A stretch of DNA of 64,000 nt from Lingula anatina (Eukaryota; Animalia; Brachiopoda), in the NCBI GenBank assembly GCA_051362555.1, contig CM120642.1, forward strand, positions 5,022,001 to 5,086,000, written 5' to 3'. The notes beneath the pieces are model-generated. The model was given only the letters and a program-made list of their open reading frames with translations. It was not told the DNA's origin and ran no database searches. Below are positions 54,548-64,000 of the stretch, one piece after another (the stretch's first letter is position 1; every line of letters begins with the position of its first letter). A program made the position numbers and the translations under genes.

Positions 54548-54883
54548 AGGGATAATAACTCTTCATATGAGATCTATATTTCACAATAAAACATTGTGAA
54601 TAACTCATAGAAATATAATATATTCTGTTTTATCACAAAAACGGCAGTTATAGCTATTATTCTGATATCGGAGCTTGTCTTTAGACCACGTGACCTCCAT
54701 TGATGGCTATACTCTGTTAAAATCTCTTAAGAGATTTTAACAAAAAACCAAACTTTTTAGAAAAAAAACAGGGACTAACTTTGAATGTAAAAATGGATTC
54801 ATTAACCATTGGTAAGTATGGGAAAATTGTTGTTTACTCCAGGAAAATTCATTTTTTGGCCGAAATGAAGGGTTATTATCCCT
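54548..54883. mobile_element. Kolobok-like MITE, copy 2
   Basis: Same TIRs and TTAA TSD as copy 1; internally homologous to it. Confidence 0.8.
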
Positions 54884-55108
54884 TTAAGTCCATAATTTAA
54901 TTTAATATGAAAACTGCCGCAGGATTGATAAGTAGATGTCAGGATATAAAAATAACGCAAGATTTGTTTTTGGTAAATGATAATAGCCCTACACCCTACT
55001 ACATGTATGATATTATGTAGGCGATATTCTGAACGGCAATATGGGATCTTTCTGAAATTTTACCAACAAAAAACGGTAAACAGACAGTTAAAAGTTTAAG
55101 CGACTTAC

Positions 55109-55270
55109 TTTGTTTATTCAGGGAATCCTAAACTATTTCTTCGATAACTCAAAACAGGCTGTAAGTGTATTCCGTTGCTCCAAATAGCCTAGATATAATA
55201 AAAGCTACGCTCGGGCACCTGTCAATACCCATCCGCCATCTTTGATTACCTTAGTGACCGCTTATAACAA
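55109..55270 (-). promoter_or_regulatory. Probable promoter / first non-coding exon of the TTC28-like gene
   Basis: Local CpG enrichment in otherwise CpG-poor DNA. YY1-type AAGATGGCGG at 55233-55242 (- strand). Strong AA|gtaagt donor at 55108 can pair with the ttttccttag acceptor at 53790. Confidence 0.55.
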
Positions 55271-56114
55271 ATAGTGTATTGAAATGCAAATATACCCTTA
55301 AAAACCTACGTAGGGTTGTTCTTCTAAAATATTTTTAGAGTATTTTGGTCTACTTTAATATTTTGAGCATATTTATGAAACAAAATAATAAATTTTATCC
55401 AAATTGCGGGCTGAAGAGGGAAATCATCCCGAATTGTGTTAGTTGAGGTCCTTGCTGTGTTATGAGAGCAAGTGAACAAAGCAAAAGTACACGAATGAAA
55501 CTTCATGCAGCTAAACTCCCTTTTTGGTTTTATGGATTGTTTCATATGTGCATTTCTTTTAATACATCCCCCCAAAAAAAGGTAGCTGTCAGTTAATGCT
55601 GGCAATTAATTGTTTACCCAATTTTTTCTTTGTTAAATTTAATTTATTAAAGAACAATTCAGCTTTTTTAGTGTTTCTTGAAAAATCGTTTATGTTTAAC
55701 AAAGACAGAAAAAGTGCAAAACTTGTCTTTCTTTTCATCTCCAACAGAATCTACAGCTAGTTGATTAAATGTGTAAAGTTAATTGGCCTGGAAAACAAAA
55801 CAAAAATTAATAAATAAATGAGGTATTAAAATAAAAAAACAAATAGATTAATTAGTTTATCTTTTCAATATTCATAAAAAATTAAATATCAAAATTTAAT
55901 TAAAAAATTAAAAAAAAAAATTCCTTTAACAGATTTTTTTATTTAATTGCTTTCATCAAAACTATTAATATTATATAACTCCATGGGCTTGTCTTTTTAT
56001 CAATGTTTAGCTCAAATGTACTAGGCTAGCTGTCTGCAGCAGAGGCATGAAAGATATCTGACCAACAAAAAAGAGGAAAAATGCATAATGCAGATACTGT
56101 CATTGAAACTCTGT

Positions 56115-56122
56115 TGTGTGTG

Positions 56123-56157
<35 letters not shown>

Positions 56158-56163
56158 GTGTGT
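56115..56163. repeat. (TG)n microsatellite
   Basis: Directly visible. Confidence 0.9.
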
Positions 56164-56389
56164 GGGAGGGGAGGGGGGCGTATCAAATGTGCCACGCAAT
56201 ATAACACAGTGCATATTTGAGTTGGGGTATGGATTGAGAATGTAGAAGTGCTATAGAGAAATGGGAGTTCCATTCTGTTAAGTTTAGTTCGGTTCAGAGG
56301 GCAGTGTCTGCATTCAGGTGATTACCTTAATAACTAATACATTTGAACATAGGAGGGTGGGGTAGGAGGAGCCACAGCAGGATCAAAGG

Positions 56390-56730
56390 CCATATGTCAC
56401 AGGTAGACGATTAAGAGGTGGGCATGGTAGAAGGAGCCTGGACCGGATCAGAGGATGGGTCACAGGTAGATGATTGAGAGGTGGGTGTGGTAGGAGGAAC
56501 ATGGACAGGATCATAGGGAGCGTCACAGGTAGATGATTGAGAGATGGGTGGGGTAGGAGCCTGGACTGGATCATAGGATGGGTCACAGGTAGATGATTGA
56601 GAGGTGGGTAGGGTAGAAGGAGCCCGGACAGGATCATAGGGAGTGTCACAGGTAGATGATTGAGAGGTGGGTGGGGGAGGAGTCAGGGGAGGAGCATAGG
56701 GCATGTCACAAGTGGATTGACAGGTGGGTG
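56390..56730 (-). repeat. Coding minisatellite, 60-63 nt unit x ~6 (PTSQSSTCD.PYDPV.AP..)
   Basis: The tcaca(g)gt core recurs at 56397, 56460, 56523, 56583, 56646 and 56706. Confidence 0.9.
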
Positions 56731-58396
56731 GGAATTCTGGAGAAGAAACCAGAGGTGGAGAATATGGAGGGGGTTGAGAAATGGGAGGGGCATCTCCAAT
56801 ATTGGGTATGTTATAAACCTGCTGTGGATACATATTAAATACAACTTGACTTCCAGTATCATTAACAGGAAGCCTTGATCCACACACTACACGCCTACAG
56901 AGAACTATAATAAGGAAAGCTATGGCTCCTTCTGTTATTCCCATTACAATTAATAGAGCATGGATTGTATCTGGCCCTGCAATCAAGCTAGCTGGACATT
57001 CAAAATAATATGCTTTACGAGCATCTGAATAATAATGTTTTCCCCCACAATATGTAGACTCCAGATTTGCAGCAAAACTTTCTATCACCACCAACATAAG
57101 TGAAGAAATGAGGGATAGTATCGTTAATGCCACAAATGTAGTCATTTTCTGATGGTTACAGTTATAACTCTTGTGTGAGACTGCAATTCCAGTGATGCCT
57201 GTTAGAAGAAAGATGAATCCTGTCCATACTCCAGTCAAGGCATGTCCATATATGATCTGTAGCGATGCAGATATCACTCCCAAGACCAACACGCATACTC
57301 CACAAACCACCTGAAACATTTATCACCATAATCTTATTTTGTTTTTAACATTGATTTTCAATGTCTCAGGTTTGTTGTCCTCAAACAGAAAGTAAAGATA
57401 AATCATATCCTAAATATTTCAAACTTAAACATTAATTTCTGACCATGATATATACAGATTTTGATAATCAAATTATTTACTGAAGAATTTTAAATTACTT
57501 ATTTAATTAAATGCTCTATTCAGGTTTAAATTGACTTCAGAAGACACTGACATACATTTCATCAATTTTCATCACACATTAAAAAAATGCCTATTATAAT
57601 TCATGTTATGGTCAAGACAAACCACTGTTCTTTTACCTAGATATAGTACTTTAAAATGTGAAAACTTAAAAAAAAACATTAAGCTGCAATTATCATGTGC
57701 TAGTTGTGTAAAGAGTATGGGAGTGGATGTGCCGGAGCAACTGCTCACCAGTATAATTGCACACTTTAAGATTATACTCTTGGGCAATGTAGTAGACTCT
57801 ATTCCTTGATGTGGCCCCACAACCACATTCACTTGTGGGAAGGATTGCAGCACCCCAATGCCAGGTTCACTGCTAGACGAGGACTGAAAAGAGTAAATTA
57901 GGTACTACTTGTTGAGATAGCCCTCGTGGCTAGATTTAAGGCAGATATAATGACTTGAAAAATTTGGAACAATGTCAATTCTTTAAGTGTTAATATAATA
58001 TAATTAATGATCCTTATTCCAATTTCATGGGTTTAAAAGGTCATTAATTAAAGAAGTCTACTTAAAGGTTTGTCAACTAGCTAGCGTTTTGTTGGCTCAC
58101 AGTAAATTGCAGTTGTGTATAAAATCGTATTATTCTAGCTTGTTCCACACTGTGATTTTAGAAAATACATAACATGAAATTTACAAAAAAAAAGTTAACT
58201 AAAATGTTTTAACAGGACAAATTGTATTTCTTTGCCTCATGTTTAAATGTTTACTTTGTAGATCTTTCAAATGGAAATTGATCATAAAAAAAAATGAACA
58301 TCTCAACCTGATAATAATTAAGTTCAGTTGACATATACTAACATTTTGGTAGACTGGGTATGGGGTCGACTCTTCCAACTGTTGTTTCTCTGCCAT
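56411..58396 (-). CDS. MS4A/CD20-like four-TM protein, paralog 1 (~362 aa) with C-terminal Pro/Ser/Thr tandem repeat
   Basis: Exons 58343-58396, 57749-57883, 56411-57310, all phase 0. G.WTGFIFLLTGITGI and LLIVMGITEGAIA are CD20-family TM motifs. The intron before TM1 (CAIIL|VVCG) is at the same position as in paralog 2 (CAAIQ|IACG). Confidence 0.8.
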
Positions 58397-60760
58397 GTTT
58401 ACTGTTCCCTTAATTGCACTCTTGTAACATATGATCATACAGAAGTTCACATCATGGATCCAAGTTTTTAAAAAGCTGAAACAAATTACCGCATTTTCTA
58501 AACTTAAGTTTTTCCGATTTTTGAGGGATTATTATAAGCTGCAATCTATTTTATGATCTGGGTACCACAAATATATTATCACCAAGTTTTCTAATAATAA
58601 AAACTGATCAATAAACACACCTTTACAAGTACACGTAACCTTCAAACATGCTCATACTTATTTCATACTTTTTACAGAAGTTACACATTTTATGTAATAC
58701 ATGTACTTAGAAAAATATGACACAAAACAACTTTTCTACATCAATTTATTGTGTTTAAAAATGTCAATTTTTTAACCATCTTTTAGAGGTTCTCTTGGAT
58801 TCTCTAAGATATTTGTAATATATACTTTATGCATTGAAGAAAAATACTTAACCAGACAAAAATCTTTTAACTTTCCACACAAAACTGTGTGTAAACTTAT
58901 GGTTTACCTGGTCTGCACCTGTGACTCCCACTAAGGCACGTCAACCATGAGTGCTGTAAAAGCATTCATTGATTTTTGAGATCTCCACAGTTGTTGCTGT
59001 TTGGTTAAGACCAATATGACAGGGAGCGGATATTCTAGCATGGATTACAGAGTCCTTTAGGTATGATCAATAAAGGTCTAAGCGTTGAGAATAGCATGCA
59101 ACATGGCTGCTGTCATACTTACTGAATATTATTATTTTTGTTTTGAGAAAGGGGACTGAAAAGTGTGTGGCACAGTACGTTTAACTGACAGATTCAGAAT
59201 TATTCAAAAGGAAGTTTAGAATATATCATATGACAGTTTTAAACATACATCCATGCCTTCAAAAAAGTTTAATAAAAAGCATTTTCATGGCACACTTTCC
59301 TTTGTACAATAATTCTCCCCTTTGTTTTTAGGCAAAGAGGGTTCATTCTTCTTCCAGTTTCCAGAGAAACTTAAAAAAATTGTTATGAAATTTCAAAATG
59401 CCATATACTTCACTGGGTGAACAGTAATAAAAAAGTCAAGCAAATATTTCAGTTATTCACTTTTATTGAATAATTAAACATTCCTGCTATCTAAACTGAT
59501 ATGTATTAAAATCTTAAACAATACTGAAAACAATGACCATTTACATAAATATACGTCACAAAATCACAATAAACATATGCTTAGTAATATTGAAAATTAA
59601 ACTCTATGCAGCAAAAGTAAGCAAAATAGTTCATGTTCACCAAGCAATGCTTAATTTACTTGTAAATCTAAAAAAGAGAAAGTAGATATACAAATCAATA
59701 CAAAAAGTCGCACTGTTTGAAAGTATTAACCAAGAAACTTTTGTTCATACCACAAACCTAGAAATATCCAAGTATCCAAAGCTGATTTTCTGGGTCATAC
59801 TCACAAAAGCATTATGGTCATTAAGCCAAATAATTTTTTCTCTCTTTGCAAAAATGTTTTACCACGAAGTGAGTTCAGTCTACTATGTAAAATATGATAA
59901 ATGAATGATAAAAAAATACAAACTCAAAACAACTACTGGTAATTCTTATTTCGTTCCAGCAAGTTTTCATGTAAGTTATATAAAAATATTTTTCATTTTA
60001 CTTCCTGTAAAAAAATGAAATGCAAATAAATGTAAAAGTAAAGAAAAAACATTGAGTGACCATATTGTATACAGTGCATACTGGCTAAGAGAATTATTTA
60101 CAATAATATAAAAAAGGGTATCTCAAAATCTGAGTTGTTTACAATGTATTTATTGTGAAATATGAATCTTATACAAACAGTTGTTATCCCTTTAACTAAC
60201 ATCTTATATTTTGAATGAAAACAACAACTGGTAAATTTCTTTTTTTGGTGGAGAGAGACATTAAAAAATTTTACAATATACTTGGACATTGATAAGTAAC
60301 AATACTTACAGTATTTTTATGTTTTATAAACAATGCAACTCTCTTCAAATAAGTTGAAAAAAAAAACAGGAGTTATTTTTATGTCTCAAATGGTAGAAGC
60401 AGCCACACATCAAAATGTGAAAGTTGAAAAAATTCCCTTGGTTATCTATGCAGCATTGGCTACAGCCAATCCAAGAGTTTAACACATGACTATCTATATT
60501 AAAATGAAATCTTACAAAGAAAAACTAAAAAAAATTGAATAAATAAGTAAATATATTTTTATCAATCAGTCACACCAACTAATGCAAAAAATACAACAGA
60601 AGTTTAATACGTACATTAAAACAATACTGTATTTACTTTCACTTTTTTTAAATGCCAGGGGCAGTTATAGCTTTATCCAACCCCAGGTATATATTAACAA
60701 ATTAAGCACAATATATAGCCAATAAGTTTCATTAGTAGGACTTAGTAAACAAATGCGTAA

Positions 60761-61154
60761 TTACCTCCGCCAAGGAAGTTATGTTTTCACCTCTGTTTGT
60801 TTGTCTGTCGGTCTTTCTGTCTGTTTGTCACCAACATAACTCAAAAAGTTATGGATGAATTTCAATGGAATTTTCAGGGTAGGTCAGAAATGGGTTAACT
60901 TAGAAGTGTTTAGGTTTTTGGTGGTGATCTAGATCATTAATAAATCAATAATAAAAAATAAAAAACTAAGTTATAAACTGATTTTGATGAAATTTTCAGG
61001 AACTGTCAGAAGTGGATCCGGATCAATAATCAATCAATAATCAAAAATCAAAAAACTAAATCATTATAGAATGAAAATTTTGGGGTGAAACGGCATTGGG
61101 TGGAGACTTTGCTGCCTTGGCGGAGGTCTGCGCTCTCGGAGTGCTTTTCTAGTT
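60761..61154 (+). mobile_element. Helentron-associated non-autonomous element (HINE/DINE-1-like)
   Basis: Subterminal inverted repeats cctccgccaagg / ccttggcggagg, a (tgtc/tgtt)n microsatellite after the 5' end, 3' hairpin gcgctctcggagtgc followed by ttttctag, and T-rich flanks. Confidence 0.8.
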
Positions 61155-61324
61155 TATGTCTAAAATTACACCTGGAGATTCAACCATTATTGAGAGATAT
61201 GTTTTTGTTAGTTAGCAAAGTTGTCCATAATGTTAAAATTTTTGATCTTTCAAAAAATCTAAAACAATGAGCTAAATTTAAAGCGCCAGTCCAGTCTTGG
61301 CGTGAACCATAACTAAGAATCAAC

Positions 61325-63547
61325 TTAAACCTGTTGTGTGGCAGTGGGTTGGGTAGCTCCAGGCTGGAGAGGGGGTGGCTGACCTCCAGGGGAAATATAC
61401 CCAGTAGTGGTCATCACAGGCTGACCATACTGGATAGTGATTGCCTGTTGACCATAGGGGGATGTAGTGTACATCACCTGCCCCTGTTGCTGTTTAGGGG
61501 CACAACAGGTGCCACGACAGGTAAACGCAGAGGAAATAATCGCCACAATTCCTTCAAGAACTGAAATGATGATCAACAGGCTATTCACAATATGCCTCCC
61601 AGACACAATTGACCGGCACATTTGGTATACCTCATTCGAATGCTCAGTCGTATAGCTATAATAATAACCATTATTCCTAAGGCAATTCCTATACTCCCCA
61701 CTGACGCCAATGCTCGCAAAGGAAAGTAGCACTATGCAGGCCAGGGATGACAGGATGGACAACACCATGTGACTGACCAGCAAACCTGTTGTCTTTTTCT
61801 TGGCTGCCCCAACCCCCAGTCCGCCAGCGATGATGTAGAAAATTCCACACCAAATCCCAGTGCCTAGGAAAGCCAGATATGCACCAATGGCAATGCCTAC
61901 AATCCCTAGGATGAATGCCAAAATGCCACAGGCGATCTAAAATTTGAAAGTGAAAAAAATTATTTATTTTAGATCCCAATATCTAGCTGTTATTAAAGAT
62001 TTCCTTCTCATGAAAAAACAAACAAAAAAAAAATCATTTAAACCGATATACATGAATATACAATATAGACAACAATTCAATTTAGTATCTTTTATAGTGT
62101 GGGAAAAGACAGTAGAAAATCCTTGTAGTTTTTATATTTTGTGCCCACAACATTTAAAATGATACAAGTGTTTCATTCCATCTTACATAAAAAACTGCAG
62201 TATAAATATTACTGCATAAAAAGTTGTCAATCAAGACCCATTAAGTCTATGGGACCATTCCCAGACCCTATCGTGCTAATTGTGGTTCGATCTATCTCCA
62301 AGGGGATTCTAGTTAAATTGCAATCAACTTAAGCAGCTTAAATGTCTGTCACACCTACTAAAGAATATTGTAACCCTTTATTATCATCCAAATACCGAAA
62401 ATGAGTTTTTTCTTGTATCTAACTATTCAATAATGCACCTATCTTTGTGCCGATTTTAAATAATGAAAAAACCCTTGGAAATATAGAATATAGAATATTG
62501 GCATTGATTATATTTTTTGTTGCAATGTATAACCATTGGTATCTCAAAGCTTTAATCCTCAATTTAACACCTTTTTATTTTCTGGTGAGCAATCGGTATG
62601 AGACGAAACTTCATCCCTGAACAAGATTTTTCTTGAAAATTGGCATAGTGGACCGCAATTGTATGAGCTACAATCCCTTGCCAGAGTTTTGGTTTAAATG
62701 CTTTTGTCTTGGAGTAATGAGCCTTTAAATAAAGATTTTGATTGAACAAAGGCATTATTTTGCCTGACATCTAAGCTGCTTTAGCTAAAATTAATTTAGT
62801 GAGAAACCCCTTGGAGATGGATTGATCCTGTTAGATCGATCTAGGTATGGGAACCCAGTCTATCAAACACCTCAAGAAGTATGTCATACCTGAATGGCAG
62901 CACACCTCAAGGCAGAATCATGGGGCCAACCAGGTCTGGTCCCGGGGGGGACTGGCTTTGGCTGCTGCTGGTTCATAATAATCACCTGGCCCTGGGGTGG
63001 GGGCATATACTGCCCCTGGGGTACGGGCATGTATTGGCCCTGGGGTTGGGGCATGTATTGACCCTGGGGTGGGGGCATGTATTGACCCTGGGGTGGGGGC
63101 ATATATTGACCCTGGGGTGGGGGCACGTATTGACCTTGGGATGGTCCGTATTGACCTTGGGGAGGTCCATATTGGGGATTGTATGGGGCAGGTTGTGTTG
63201 GATATGGCTTTTGTTGCCCGCCCTGCAAAGAAAATGATGTCCATTACAAATCGATAACCATACACATGCACAAACACAAACACTGACTTATGTCTCAAAT
63301 GCACTAAACTAGTGTCAGGTTGGCATAATCTACAGATGATCTTGGGTTTTTGAAAATTATCTGAGAAATTTATTGTGGAACCAACACCTACAGGCATGGG
63401 GTTACTTTCAAAACTGGATGAAAATCACAAAACATTAAAAAAAATTTGTAGATTCAGTGTGTAAATCTTTTTTTAAGGAAGAAAGAAAATATACAAACTG
63501 TTACATTTTACCTCAGATTCAGTGTATGAAGGTGGTTGATCACTCAT
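61325..63547 (-). CDS. MS4A/CD20-like four-TM protein, paralog 2 (~326 aa) with N-terminal PQGQY repeat
   Basis: Exons 63512-63547 (MSDQPPSYTESE), 62890-63222, 61325-61936, all phase 0. Motifs GTGIWCGIFYIIAGGLGV, LSILSSL, LLIIISVLEGIVAIISSAFTCRGTCC. Confidence 0.85.
62251..62856. mobile_element. Composite insertion: TIR element (~62332-62780) nested in a Harbinger-like palindromic MITE
   Basis: Outer arms gatctatctccaagggg / ccccttggagatggattgatc are related to the 37304 family. Inner TIR gcagcttaaatgtc / gacatctaagctgc. Confidence 0.55.
62986..63170 (-). repeat. Coding minisatellite, ~24 nt unit x ~8 (PQGQYMPP)
   Basis: Repeated ccctggggtgggggcatgtattga on the + strand. Confidence 0.9.
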
Positions 63548-64000
63548 GGTTGATAAATAAATGTTTGGTAAGTTTTCCTAATTGTAGTGGACCTTTTACC
63601 TGAAACATAACAAAAACACTATAATATATCAAGTTCAAAGCAGTTTTTTAAATATTTGTTTCTCAAACAATTTTTATTTTCAGCAAAGGTTGGAGAAACT
63701 AATTTGAAGCTTTGATATTATTCACAAATGGCATGTGTACTAGCATATGTATGTGTAGTAGCACCAACGCACATGCGTGCTTGGAAATTTCATTTGTCCA
63801 AGACAGCTGGGATAAAAAGACTAACACATTATCAAATTGGTAAGTGAACCAATACAAACACATTTAAAATATGAATTAAATACTATACATATACTGGTAC
63901 TGTTAGTACAAGGTGCAGCAGGATGCGGATATTTATACTAGCATCGAGAGTTTGATTCAAGCTTCAAATCAGCAGGAGAAGGAACCTAAATAGCATCTAA

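Noticed and set aside
56383-56883. Alternative-frame ORFs over the 60-63 nt repeat
   Set aside because: Frame shadows of the coding minisatellite.
57311-57319. ATG at 57319 as the start of MS4A paralog 1
   Set aside because: atgtttcag is better read as a splice acceptor: two upstream in-phase exons exist and the intron position matches paralog 2.
62881-63397. Alternative-frame and antisense ORFs (LTLGWGHV, APTPGSI, TCPHPRVN, IDPGVGAC repeats)
   Set aside because: By-products of a stop-free 24-nt repeat. Only the PQGQY frame splices in phase into the MS4A TM exon.

Overview
AT-rich, CpG-poor, intron-containing animal (invertebrate-type) genomic DNA; there is no prokaryotic, CRISPR or RNA-gene content I can support. 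I reconstructed exons by hand from splice sites and reading-frame phase. Left to right the window holds five genes. (1) The last two exons of an SLCO/OATP transporter (+). (2) A complete complement C3-like thioester protein gene (-, about 40 exons, 4666-34476, about 1785 aa) with an RKKR beta/alpha site, a 6-Cys anaphylatoxin domain, an intact GCGEQ thioester, the catalytic His/Glu (VVHKEM), a basic alpha/gamma insertion and a C345C domain. (3) A TTC28-like TPR-CHAT gene (-, 41472-53718, about 1630 aa) with a degenerate caspase-like dyad. (4, 5) Two tandem MS4A/CD20-like tetraspan paralogs (-), each with its own Pro-rich tandem-repeat tail. Introns and UTRs carry several non-autonomous DNA-transposon families (hAT5-like with 5-bp TSD, Kolobok-like with TTAA TSD, Harbinger-like, Helentron/HINE-like) and a roughly 1-kb tandem duplication. 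The most interesting observations are: R-X-K-R proprotein-convertase motifs on both sides of the C3 thioester domain, near the vertebrate factor I cut positions; a frame-preserving cassette exon with a TGCATG cluster at the C3 alpha/gamma junction; a GC-AG first intron; a 24-nt microexon in the TTC28-like gene; and a nephrin-like triple YDxV tail with a recently amputated PPSY C-terminus in one MS4A paralog. All functional interpretations are inference.
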